Source: Stylophora pistillata
Lineage: Eukaryota
Length of the DNA: 64,000 bases
Reading direction: 5' to 3'
Assembly: GCF_002571385.2 (NCBI RefSeq)
Contig: NW_019217784.1
Coordinates: forward strand, 1,782,912 to 1,846,911
Under the pieces are notes generated by a model that was not told the DNA's origin, ran no database searches, and saw only the letters and a program-made list of their open reading frames with translations. The translations under genes were made by a program, and so were the position numbers. Each line of letters opens with the position of its first letter. Within the stretch, counting starts at the first letter, position 1. This document shows, in pieces, positions 52,301 to 64,000 of this stretch.

Positions 52301-52745
52301 TGGCTACAGTCCGCTGAAACAGAATGAGGGTAATGCAGTAACAGAAGCTGAGCGAGGACGTCCTGAATCATATGAATCACTCTCGCTGCCTGGGGATGAA
52401 TCAAATGTTTGTAAAAAGACAGCAGCAGTAAATACCGACTCCAAAGCCACGGAGCTTAGCGTAGGAACAGCTACAACTTTTAAAGAAATGTCTGTGTCTC
52501 AGATGGCAATTGGTACCCAGATCCCACCAATTCCTTATCAGTGTGGTCACTGCCCAGCCTCTTTTAACAATGTCTGTAAATTGCGCGCACATGCTGTCAT
52601 CCATGTCAGCAAGAAACCCTTCAAGTGTGGGTACTGCTCACGCTCTTTCACGGGGGCAACCACTGTGAACAACCACATTCGATCACATGTTGGAGGCCGA
52701 TTGTTCGCCTCTAGAAAACGTCCTCTCCAGACTGAGGAAGTGTGA
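49306..52745 (+). CDS. PRDM6: PRDM6-like protein, paralogue g5 (~488 aa), with only two intact zinc fingers
   Basis: Exons 49306-49323 (MELTYE, inferred), 49848-50061, 50404-50672, 50833-51091 and 52039-52745 (phases 0,1,0,1). Motif FSYEDLLSFLFD (this exon is missed by the ORF track), knuckle CFWC..CPQH split across the intron, and an intact PR domain. ZF1 is degenerate and ZF4 is absent. Confidence 0.87.
51170..51690. mobile_element. Degenerate long-inverted-repeat (MITE/foldback) element in the last intron of g5
   Basis: Inverted arms at about 51355-51480 and 51560-51690, e.g. CCATTACCCGGAGCTTCCATC / GATGGAAGCTCCGGGTAATGG. Right outer end not found. Confidence 0.55.
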
Positions 52746-52809
52746 ATTCACTCGTAGTGACAAATTAAGGAACAGAATAATAAAAGGACCTCCTCACTGT
52801 AAAAAATAA

Positions 52810-53225
52810 CATCGAATGTAGAATTTGTTAACGGGTAAGAAAATCATGAAGAACTGCGGTTGTCTTGCCCGGGCACTGATGTGTTTGCAAACACTTGTTC
52901 TATTGAACGTATCACGTGCAATGACGCCCACTCAAACTCTTGCACTCCATTCTGAGTAGGAAAAATTCTGCGCAAAAACCAGGAAAATGTCTGCACAAAA
53001 AACCAGGAAAATGTCTGCGCATAAACCAGGAAAATGTCTGCACAAAAACCAGGAAAATGTCTGTGCAAAAACTAATAAAATGTCACATCAGATGTAGAAT
53101 GAGCTAACGGGTAAGAGAGGCATAAAGATCTGCAGTTGTCTCGACAGTCTTTTTGCAAACACTCGTTCTATCGAACGTATCGTGTGCAGTAATGCCTACG
53201 AAAACTCTTGCGAATGGAAAAAAAT
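52810..53225. repeat. Diverged ~150-bp direct duplication flanking a ~24-bp tandem repeat (CTGCACAAAAACCAGGAAAATGT)x4, downstream of g5
   Basis: ATGTAGAAT..TAACGGGTAAGA..GTTGTCT..TTTGCAAACACT.GTTCTAT.GAACGTATC occurs at about 52816 and 53092. The tandem array is at 52967-53075. Confidence 0.75.
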
Positions 53226-55298
53226 TCCGCGCTAATTTGAATCATACTGAGTGGAATCAAACTCTTGTGATACTTAAAGTGTTGAGCAAGGCTCAGATGA
53301 ATACACCTTTCCTCTGGCATTTCTGTTCATATTTTCTTGCAACAGCACGACGGTAATGTTTGGGACATATACAAGAGTTCCCATTTCTAATATATTTGTG
53401 AACAGAAGAGAATAAGATAGACTAATAGTATTGCATTAAAATCCTGTAATGTTCGAAGATAAGACTTACCACAACCTTGTTAATAACTTATTACAAATAC
53501 TTAATATTAATTGTTGTGGAGTGGAAATCACATAAACAGTAAAAACATTTGTCCAAAAAAGTAAGAGAGAGAAAAATGATATTTCAGTAGTAAATCATTC
53601 AGAGTCTTTCGCGTGTCGATATTATTGTTTTGTACGGCTTAAAACTGCAAGGCCCCCAAAGAATTATACCTCGAGGGCTACCTAAACCGCAGAGCAAGTG
53701 CCAGGTATCACAAACATCCAGTGATGGGCTTTCTTCCCCTTGATCTTTAAGTGCTAGATTTACACGCAAATCAATTTAATTGCATTGACTTTCTCATTGG
53801 CTTAGGAAAATAAAGAGGCTTTAAAAATCATTAATCGCACAAATGCTCTGCTTTGGAATACAGCATAAAAAAACTAACTACTTCAACTCTGATCACTATA
53901 CAGAGCTAAGAGAGCTGTTATAGGAATACATACCATATTTAGCACGGGAGCAAATACTAAACTTTCACTAAAGAATATCTTTCATGCCGCGATGCCCTCA
54001 GACGGTGCGCTGTGAAAGTGACGTAATTTGAATGTCAATCAAATGTTGACATTTCTATTGAGTCAGTATGAGTGGTTGGGCACACCTTGGTCAATCTCCA
54101 TGAACGCAACGACGAGTTTCTTGCACAAAATGGGCGGTGTTGCTAGTTATTTCCTTGAAATATGCCCTGGAACTTAATACCTTTGAGGTAAGCTTTAGGT
54201 CTTTGCACCTCCTTCCAAGCGAGCACACTGAGGTAAGGAAACTGTATTTTTTATGTGATGCAAATAAAGGTTTGTGCAGATAACCTTCTGATGAGAGGTG
54301 TGTATAATTAGACACAGAAACCAAACAACGCGTTCTAGAGGCGTCGAAACGTTAACTTTAGGTTTTTCTTTTCGTTTTAATAGCCAAATGATGTCTCAGA
54401 TGGCTATTCATATCATCACACTCGGCAGATCTAGAAACTTTCGTTCATAAAAGCGTTTTTAAAAAAATTACCAATCCATAACAATAATTAAAATAGTGGT
54501 TGAAAATTGATCTCGATTAATTCGTGTTTTCAACGGGAAAGTAATCAAATTCGTTCCAAAAACCTCCGTTTAATTAAAATGTACCTCAATATGAAATATT
54601 CGTTGAGCTTGTTCATTTGGATTCAAAGTTGTGGAAGTTCTCACGCAAAATTTGCATTTTTTTCAATCTCCAAGTTACGCTTGATTAGTTAGGGACGACA
54701 AGACTCGCTAAAACCTCTGCACAACAGATGAGATCTCGCCTCACCACAAAGGGATCACTCTAAATTCAAGTGACTTATCTTTATGAACTGCAATGGTAAT
54801 ATGTTTTCCAACTGCCCACGTAAAACCTTCTAGATAAACTCGTGTCGAAAGTAGCAGCTGGGGTTGCTCGGGCGAAGAAACAACAATGAATGTGAGCAAA
54901 GGAAGCTTCTGACAGAAATAAACACAAAACGTATGCGTTTTGATAGACGATTTCTTTGCACAAACATGAAATAAGTTTGGCGCTTGCTAAAAATAGTTAC
55001 TTACAAACGGTCGTCTCTTGCGGTCATAGACACGATTTAAGTTTATTACGTCACAAGTTCGTCAAAGTCGTCAAAGTCAAAACAAAGTAATCACACATTG
55101 AAAATCTTATGGAATCTTAGCAACTTGGAAATATGTTGTAGTGATCGTTGCAATGCCAACCTTAGTCCCTGACGGTGGCAACTTTCGCTAATTTCTTTGT
55201 CAAAATGGTAATCATCTTTAAAATTTAGGGCAATCCGTTCTTGGCGCGCATCCGCGTAATCTCAAATATTTTTCACCTGAACTCTCTTGGGTTATTTC

Positions 55299-55370
55299 AT
55301 TGGACTCTGTGGGGAGCAATGGATGAGCGGTGTTATATAAGTGGACTTGTGCTTGAGTCTTACATCAGTT
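55299..55370 (+). promoter_or_regulatory. Candidate TATA + Inr core promoter of g6
   Basis: ATTGG (reverse CCAAT) at 55299-55303, TATATAAG at 55334-55341 and Inr-like TCAGTT at 55365-55370, about 31 nt downstream of TATA. ATG at 55404. Confidence 0.5.
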
Positions 55371-55403
55371 TTGTGATAAATCGATTTACCTTTTGAATTT
55401 CAG

Positions 55404-58400
55404 ATGAGTAGCGCAGGCATTTCACGTCCTAAATCCACAAGCGAACACACATTATTAAATCGAACGCAACGAAGAATTCGCACACAAGCCGCGGATGCCA
55501 ACCTTTGTACCACAGAAGATCTTTACCAATGTTTATACCAGCGAAATCAAGTCATTTCTGTGAGCAAGGACGATTTTAGAACTTCACGTCTACATAAAGA
55601 AGAAGTGTTCAGCTACTGTAAGTCGCCATTTTGTCCAATGTTTGCCAAAGATATTTTTCAACGAATATTTCCGTAACCAATTGCAAGGTTTCGCAGGTTT
55701 ACATCGGTATTGTTAAAATAGAGTTGTTTGCGGTTTAATTTTTCTCATGATAGAAACTAACTTTGCTACAATTCCGTGTGGATAAGGTTTTAATTAATAA
55801 GTGTTCTCAGAAGATAACTGGGTAAATTGAATTAGGGACATCTGCACAATACCAAACACAACTTTGTAACATTCATCTAACAATTTTGACCAGTTTCGAA
55901 AAATTCTTGATTCCACCGTGATTACAAATAACCTCGAACAACATCAAATTAAAAAACCTATGTAGCTCCGCACAATATTTTCTTACCTCAGTATAATTAT
56001 AAAATGTCTTAAGCAAACAACAGTCCTTTATGTGGAAGTTTTTTTTTTTATGTTTATGTGGAAGTAGCAAGAGACCGAAGCATATGTTTAGCTACACTTC
56101 AATATCATCATCCGATAGTTTTAGACAGAGATTAGAGGAGATTTGTTGTTATTTTCCCCATTCAGTTTGGTCGTCTTAAATTTAGTATATTGCATAATCT
56201 GTCATTTAAAAAAAAATTACAAACGGTTGCCGCTTCAACTTGACCGGAAGTTGGCTTTGGCCTTGGAATAGCGCCTCTGATGATCATTTTCCGCATAAGT
56301 TGAAGCCTAAAGAACTTAAATCATAAAACAGAATTTGGTTGATACCAAAATAGAAACTGAAAAATGCACATCTATCAAAACGAAAACGATCCTTCTCCCA
56401 AGTTATTTACTTGTTTTATGCTGTCTAGTTGTAACAACAGTTACCATAACCTAGAATCAAAGAGCTTTGATAGGAAAAGGCCGATTTTGCCACTGTTTTC
56501 ATATGAAGAACCATTCCTCTAACATCTTAGAGTAAAAGGTGTCTCGTAATTAATGGCCTCTCAGAGTGACTTCCTCATACGTGCCGCGGTTTGTTTGCCT
56601 CTAAATCGAGCTGATTGTGAGTGACTTGAAGTTCGCAAAAATTAAGGTTATAAATAGCTTCATTTCCATTCACCTCTATTTTTTCATCCTTGTCAATAGA
56701 ATGGGATAATGCGCTTTTTAGGTTTCGTTTTAATCAAGTCGGATAAAACATACTGATACTTTTAGAATACCGTTTCTTCTGAAACGATGATGATGATGAT
56801 GATGATGATGAACTTTATTCATGTGTCAATTATAAAATAGCAGTAGTAAAACCACTGAGTAAAGACACAACAAGGTAATTTAANNNNNNNNNNNAAATAG
56901 TCTGAGCCTAACTAAGATATAACTAAGAATCATGCACTGCAAACCAAGCAGCCCACACAGCCACCAAATCCATTCCTCTAACTGCCCCCTTGAATGAAAA
57001 ACAGTTACGTAATAGAGTTAACCATGCACGTGCTAACTTAGGAGCACATCAACATTAAGCTGTATCATACCTACTCTCTCCTCCCTTAGGGTGTAAAGGA
57101 TGTCGCCTGGAACGGACAGAGCCATGTCAATTCCATGATCCTCAACTGTCATTCAAACTGACAACTTCAGAAAACCACAACAATAACACAAACAATAAAA
57201 ACGTAAATTTGCCGAATGCGGTCGAATCGTTTCCAAACGAAGTGGGCTTGTGCATTTCCAGTATTCCTGGGGCGGGCTACGGAGTCTGCGCAAAACAGAT
57301 CATTCCAGTGGGTACGTGGATTGGACCATATGAGGGGGAACTGGTGCGGCCTGAGGAGGTGGTGCTTGGATGTGATGCGTCATACATGTGGGAGGTAGAC
57401 TTGGTTTATCTACGATTTAACTGACGATTGAGTAATATATATACGATGGCCTCTATTTGGCGCCAAAATACGCATGGATACTTATCCGCGGACACTACAT
57501 GGAAAGTTCACTTTTCAGTGTTCTCTGATACAATTTTATGAACAAAATTACATATTCCTTCTTTTAGCTTATGTAACAACCACACGACGCTTTCTCATCT
57601 TGAAATGAATTTTGAGCGCAGAGTTTTCCGTATTGGACGTGAGGTTTGAAAATTGGGGAAGTACATCTATATTCAGGGTTATCTTCGTATTTGATGAACA
57701 TTAAGCAAATAATCCCTTGAGATTCGCGTTAGGGTGATGCACAAAATGTTAAGTGGCAAATTTGAAGCGTTTCCCATTAAATGTTTTGTACTTTTCTTAA
57801 GAATAAGCTGTAGAAGAACATATGCTAAGTAAGGGCCGCAGATAAGTTTAATGTATTGAAATTCAGGAATTTTTAGACCTGCAAGATCGCTTTGGCTGTA
57901 TAAACATATGACTCCGATAGAGCTAGGTTTAACTTCATTTAAGTCCTTAAGTTAATTTTACGCGTTTTATCAATCATTTTTCGACAGATATTTCATGAGG
58001 GAAAGTTGCTATATTACATCGACGGGAGCAATGAGAACAAGTCCAGCTGGATGAGATACATTAGATGCGCAAGGAATGGAACCGAGCAAAACATGTACGC
58101 TTTCCAGTACTGCGGTAACATTTACTACAGAGCCTTCAGGGACATCCCCACGGGCGGCGAACTGCTGGTTTGGTATGATGAAAAGTACCCACAATATATG
58201 GGCATTCCCCTAGAAATATGCGAAATATCCTTCAGTAATCCTGTTGGTAAGAATACTTCGTATAATGGCAACTATACTTAGTAAGTCCGCTACCAACATA
58301 GAGAATTTCCTAGGAATTATTTTGCTGGATGTGGAGAAGTTGTGTACGTACAGTCTTGCATAACGTCTTCATCTTCATTCGTCATCTTCAAGATTTTCGT

Positions 58401-59493
58401 GTTCTTGCAAAATGTAAGTGCAAAACCATTTAACGGATGACTTAGCACGTAATACTTGCATTGATAAAACATAAATTTATATTTTCTATTTTAAAAACAT
58501 CATGTTTCCTGTGAATGAAAAATACCCTGTAAAGTCATCGAAATACAGTAACTCTCCTTGCATACAGTTCTCAGACATCTTCTTGTGTGTGTTCTTGATA
58601 CAGATCAAAGACAGCATCCCGAAATGGTCGTTGTAATTCCACATGATAATCCCAATCCAGGTTCCTGCCATTCAAAGGAGTCTTCATCCAGTCCCTGGAA
58701 GGATAATCTACAATTCACAACCAGAGTCAGATCCATATTACCGTCACGTGAACAATCACGTGTCAAACGGTGCTTATCTAATAACACTTCTAATAGAGGC
58801 GAAAGTCTGCGTGCATATGCTGAGGAATATAAACGTGTCCGCCATGTTTCCTGGACAGCCGATGGTACGCCATTACAAACCAGTGCGCAAATGACTGAAA
58901 ATTCTCTTTCTTCGGAAGAAGCCCGAAGTAAGCCTGTAAGTCCAGTTCAACATTTTGGATTAAAGAGCGTACATGTGCAAAAGATTCCAAACAATAACCG
59001 TCGTGACCTCAAGTCTTCTGGGGGAAAATACAGTAACGGCTCAAAAATGGCGCCGTCAAGCATAGACGAGAAGCATGCGCAGCTACGGTCTACTGATGAA
59101 GATGAAATCAGTTCGGATGGTTCCGATGCGAACTTTTTCAACTGCGGTCAGTGTGGGAAATCATTTGCTCAACGCTCGGTGCTTCAGATTCACGTATGCC
59201 CCAACATGCCACGCAAGCCCTATCACTGTGGACAGTGCTCTCAGACATTTGATCATCCAAACGAGCTGCGCACGCATGCTGTCATTCATGTGGGCGAGAA
59301 GCCATTCAAGTGTGGTTATTGTTCACGATCATTCGCAGGTGCAACAACTCTTCATAACCACGTGCGCACACACACCGGTGAAAAACCTTTTTTATGCGAG
59401 AGATGTGGAAAGAACTTTACTCAGGCATCCCAGCTTCACAAGCACGAGAATATACCCGGGGATTGTGTTCGATATGATGCCCTGCCTGACTGA
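55404..59493 (+). CDS. PRDM6: PRDM6-like PR/SET-domain zinc-finger protein, paralogue g6 (~555 aa), all modules intact
   Basis: Exons 55404-55617, 57090-57394, 57988-58246 and 58604-59493 (phases 1,0,1). Motif CTTEDLYQCLYQ, knuckle CKGC..CQFH, PR domain with SWMRYIRCAR and four fingers ending HENIPGDC. Confidence 0.9.
56786..56810. repeat. (GAT)n microsatellite, possibly the tail of a minus-strand LINE fragment
   Basis: Read directly from the sequence. Followed by ACTTTATT (AATAAA on the minus strand). Confidence 0.7.
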
Positions 59494-60791
59494 AAGATTG
59501 CTAGCAATCTGGCTCTCTTTTTATGAAGCTCATAGTTAGTGTTCATCATACATTTTTTAGTTGATAAGATAAATTATTTCGCAAAAAATCGATTCAAAGA
59601 TTGCTTAGGGAAAGGTTTTGTGTGACAGTAGCAAAAAATAAAGATGTCTCGTTGTAATTGAAAAAAAGAAAAACAAGTCCATTCATTTCTTTTCCCGAAA
59701 ATTTCAATCCAGAATTATTCGTCCGTCTCAAATCTGATAGAGGATGTCTTCTCTTGTTAAATTGCGTAGGCATAGCAATAACGTCGTGAAACAAAATGTT
59801 CTTTTCTCATTGTTATATTTGAAACGCACACCTCAATGGCTTTTACCACGAGTAACTGTTTGACGTTAGCAACAAATGAAAATAAATTTTTGCTGTTGGT
59901 GGCATTTTTCTCAAGATATATCTTTATGACTTAAATAGAGGTGAACATTACTTTGAGCAAATGTTGAAATTCCGCAGCAGTGCCTGATAATAGCACTATC
60001 TCTTCATTTATTTTGTTTTTCCTAATAATAAATAAGCGCAAAAATAGTTTGCGCACAGACAAGGAAAATAGCAATCGGAAACAGTGACGGATATCAGCGG
60101 AAGCGAGGATGATGATGACGCACTTCCCTTTACGTTATATCCCAATTTGCCCCAAAAATTTGCGGGGGTGAGAACGATGTAAGGAGTTTGAGTGGCTTCC
60201 CACGGTTTCCCTCCATCCCTGATTGTTCTATAAAAAAAAAAACAAGCTTTGAGGACTTCTTGGTCACGTCTCAAGAAGAACTGACAGAAAACGAAAACAA
60301 AGATCTCCTTTCTCTTGTAAACCCCCGTTTTGTCTGTTACGCAGATAAGAATATTTTCAGGCTTCTCTGTTTTCTCTTTGAAGAGCCTGGATCGCCACTT
60401 CTACATTCATATTAAAATGCGACGCTGTAATTAAACATGAAGTCAGTTGTGCATATCTCACAGCAAATAAATGAGCAACTCCAAGAGATTTATCATTGTT
60501 TTCGTCAATTCTATTCAGAAAAATCAGTGAACTGTTTAGGATCATTGTGAAGTTATTGCTATTTATTTCAAACAGAAAAACATCAAATTTCCGTGTCATT
60601 CCTACCTTCTGTTTCGGCTAAAATCTGAAGTATATACGAGTTCGATTTGCGATGTTAAACTGAATGCAAAACGAGAAGGCTCGGTCATTTAGTTCCAACA
60701 CTGAGAAAAGATACGTGGCTGTTTAGAAATCAATGAAACATGACGGCTTTCAAGGTGAAGGTTGGGGTGGGGCTCTTCAAACTCCGAAGGA

Positions 60792-60815
60792 AGAGAGAGA
60801 GAGAGAGAGAGAGAG
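60792..60815. repeat. (GA)n microsatellite between convergent g6 and g7
   Basis: Read directly from the sequence. Confidence 0.9.
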
Positions 60816-61860
60816 TTAAGGACAACGACAAAACGCTTTGAATAAAGATTAACTTTTTATACTTGACCCAAACGAAGAAATTCTTGTCAAAAGACTGAAG
60901 TATGGGCGATTTTAATTGTGCAATTCTTGGGCAAAAAATGTTCCGCCGACTGAGCAAGATGTTTTTATCTGCGCTAGGTGGTAGAATCACGATTGCCACA
61001 GGCGGACAGATAAAAATCTTTTTATTTTACGCCTGCTAAATTAAGGTTTATGTAAATAGTCGGCGTTCTTGAGAGCGTATTCACAAATTGCCAAACAAAT
61101 TATCCCTCAATTATAATCACAGAAGCATATGTTTCTTCTCTCAATCCAGAACTCGTTAGTTTTTTTCATGGCATTGCGTTTGACGTTGTGTAAGGCTGAA
61201 ACAAAGCTGTGAACATGGAAATCAGAAACACGAGTCATAGAAAACTTATGCTTAAAGGTTGACGAAATTTGAAAAATTGAGGAAAACTTCGTGTAATAGA
61301 GTGCGCTGAAACACGTTTCGACATTTCGCTAGCGAGATCTCGCGCGAAACAGATATTGTGCGCGTGTCTTCCAGATTAACAGGATACTAGTGGTCTGGCA
61401 ATTATATGTAGGAGGATTGTTGGTAATTCTGTTTCAATATTCAGATGAAAATGGAGACTACAGATAGTTTGTGTGGGATGAAGCCTTTCATTTTCAAAAA
61501 CAATTAGTGCGAGCATCAACTTCCTTCCGTATGTACAATTTTCCATCTCGTAAAAGTGCTAACATTTTTGTCACGTTGTGAAAACTTCTGGATATTTACA
61601 TTTTTTACGATACGTGATTACAGTTACGACTTCCTACATTTCTTCTTAAACATAAAACTCGATGTTGCTTTAGCTCTTTTGTATCGTCCCTACCCGCTTT
61701 CCCGAACGAATCACCTGTGTTTTCCTTTTAGGATGAATCACATGAAAATCTACAAACTTTGCCGCTAAGATCAGGTGACAAGATCTGAGCTATGAGCTCT
61801 CTTAAGGAACACTCAAAGTTTTAAAAACATTCAGATGAAGGTGAATTGTTTTCATTCTCT

Positions 61861-63862
61861 TCACACCCGTACCACACAGTCTCCAGGTATTCTCTGATGT
61901 CTGCTGAGCTGTGATCCTTGTGTAAAGTTCTTGCCGCACTTGTCGCAGACAAAGGGGCGTTCACCTGTGTGTGTTCTGATGTGGTTGTTCAATGTGGTCG
62001 CCCCTGCAAAAGCACGCGAACAGTAGCCGCACTTGAATGGTTTCTTGCTTGCGTGAATGACAGCATGCCCGCGTAGCTGAGCTGGGTGGGCGAAGCTCAG
62101 TGAACAGTGACCGCACTGGTATGGCTTCTTTGGGGCTTCATGGCACACATGAACCTGGAGCATGGTTCTTTGAGGGAAGGACTTTTTGCACTGGCCGCAT
62201 TTCCACAAACTTAGTTCTGTTATGTTACTGAACGCGGGCTGATTGATTTTAGTGGCGTTGATCTGCCTGTCTTCACAAGAAGCTGGTGAGGGAGAATTGC
62301 TCCTCTCACTCTCTGGCGATGGCAGTGGATTGGAAAAGTTGGCTGCAGTGACAGAGGAAAAGTCGAAGGCGGAGGGCACTTCGCTCTGAAAACCATTCAA
62401 AGGCTCTCCACTGATTGGCATAGAAGGTGAATGTTGCTGGAGGCCGATTGGCTGGCTGTTTGGTGATGGCGGGCTTCCAGGAGAAGGTACTGAGCTGGGA
62501 GGAGTAGGAGGGTACTGATTTTGTGTCGAGGTCTCGGACGGCAAGCGCACAATTTCTGATGCTTCTGGATTATTTGACTTCCCTAGAGAAATTACAAAAC
62601 AAAGAACGTCTCAATTTCCCTTTAACCTCAACAAAACCGTCGCCACGAATCGCAGAAATTATCAGCCACTGCATAAAACATAGCTGAAATCTTACCTTTG
62701 ACTGTAAGAGAGCCCAAATCAAAGACCGAGCTCGGAACGCCAAGGTACTGTGGATATTTATCATCGTACCACACCAACATTTCTTGTCCGGGCTGAATAG
62801 TCTTAAATGAACGATAGTAGACCTTACCCAAGAACTGGAAGGCAAAAAGGTTTTGTTCTCCTTTGTGGCGAGCACAGCGGATGAACCGCATCCAGCTGGA
62901 AACCTTTTCATCGCTGCCGTCCACAAATCCAACCAGTTTACCGTCTTTGAAGATCTGTTAACGTAAACAGAGAAATGAACAACACAATCTCCATACACAC
63001 ACACACACACACAAAAACAAAACAAAACAAAACAAAATATGATCATTCAACTTTCCTACCTCCCACATGTAAGATGTGTCTGTAACAGAAGAAATTTCCT
63101 CGAGCTTCACAAACTTTCCCTCGTAAGGACCTATCCATGCCCCAATCGGAATTGTTTGCTCGGCACAAACTCCATATCCTGCCCCGGGAATGCTGGATGC
63201 ACACAGACCAACTTCCGGCGGAAATGATCTTAAAGCGAGAGGCAATTGACTTGTCTGTTTCGCGGCAGTGGTTTCACGTTTATGATTTGGGCAGTTAAAG
63301 CCTGGGTCTGTCTTGCTTGCATCACACCCTGAGAGAAGAATAATAAACATTCGATATTGCCATGTTTCATAAAATAATAGAGAATGGATTAAGTCATATT
63401 AGCGCTACGCACGCAAAATCACGGTTAAAAAAAAATTAAGTAACCTTGCAATGTCGATAGCTGTTCAAAGTCTTTTCATTCAAAATAAGAACACAAGCAT
63501 TATTGTGAGATTTTGATGCTGTTACAGGATGTATCGAAGGAACAGAAAACATCTTGCGAACTTTCTTTTTTCCTTTTTTTTTTTTCAAAATCATCTAACG
63601 CATCATTTCGCGCAAGCAATTCAAGCACGAAACACTTACAAAAACAACCCGCTGCATCTTTTTGTCCTAAAATTTCACGGGTGTTAACTGGATGAACAGT
63701 GGATACGTGAAATAGGCACTTCTGCACATCAGCCATAGAGAAAGAAAACTGTTTCAAGTTCGAAACTGATGCGCTTTTGGAGGAAGGAGTTGACATCTTC
63801 GCTTTCTTGGTCACGGGCTGATAAAAACTGTTAGCGCTTTCTACCCCAAAAGGTTTGTTCAT
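61861..63862 (-). CDS. PRDM6: PRDM6-like PR/SET-domain zinc-finger protein, paralogue g7 (~490 aa from ATG 63862; may be 5'-incomplete)
   Basis: Exons 63871/63862-63640, 63328-63060, 62954-62696 and 62582-61861 (phases 1,0,1). Motif [12 protein letters not shown], knuckle CFWC..CPNH, intact PR domain and four fingers ending HQRIPGDC. The acceptor at 63872 implies a first exon outside the window. Confidence 0.9.
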
Positions 63863-64000
63863 TTTTCGCGTCTGCAAAAAATAAAACAAAGTTTGCATTA
63901 GATAGAATTCAAGAACGAAAACATTCAAACTTCCATTACAGAAAAAATAAAAAATAAAATCAAGAAGAAAATGTCAAGGCCGGATGAGGAAACAATATAG

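Noticed and set aside
52967-53075. CRISPR-like appearance of short repeats (also 15877-15941)
   Set aside because: Head-to-tail repeats without unique spacers, in eukaryotic context with no cas genes.
54285-54345. CTGATGA...GAAAC hammerhead-like string
   Set aside because: Stem II does not close next to the core and no stem I pairing was found.
749-63862. Assignment as PRDM9 (likely from automated PR-domain hits) or PRDM14
   Set aside because: No KRAB/SSXRD domain and no minisatellite-like finger array. The four-finger sequence ([25 protein letters not shown]) is PRDM6-type.

Overview
This is AT-rich, intron-containing animal DNA with four N-gaps (13476-13562, 25476-26088, 38175-38304, 56884-56894). 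The repeat content suggests an anthozoan cnidarian, probably a stony coral; this is inference only. The window is dominated by a tandem cluster of seven PRDM6-like genes (here g1-g7, orientation - + + + + + -). Each encodes a PR/SET domain and a PRDM6-type zinc-finger array. I rebuilt all seven by hand from GT-AG junctions with consistent phases. All seven share an upstream exon with a pre-SET FT/SxxDLxxxLY-type motif and the same intron positions around the PR domain. The paralogues differ in which modules they keep. The zinc knuckle is absent in g1 and g2, ZF1 is damaged in g3 and g5, and ZF4 is lost in g5. In g1, ZF4 is blocked by an in-frame TGA exactly at a Cys codon. A catalytic-site Tyr is Phe in g4. 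Introns and intergenic DNA hold non-autonomous DNA transposons (hAT-, Harbinger- and Mutator/foldback-like), Penelope-like retroelement relics with minimal hammerhead-ribozyme motifs, a candidate solo LTR and minisatellites. No rRNA, tRNA or CRISPR features were found.
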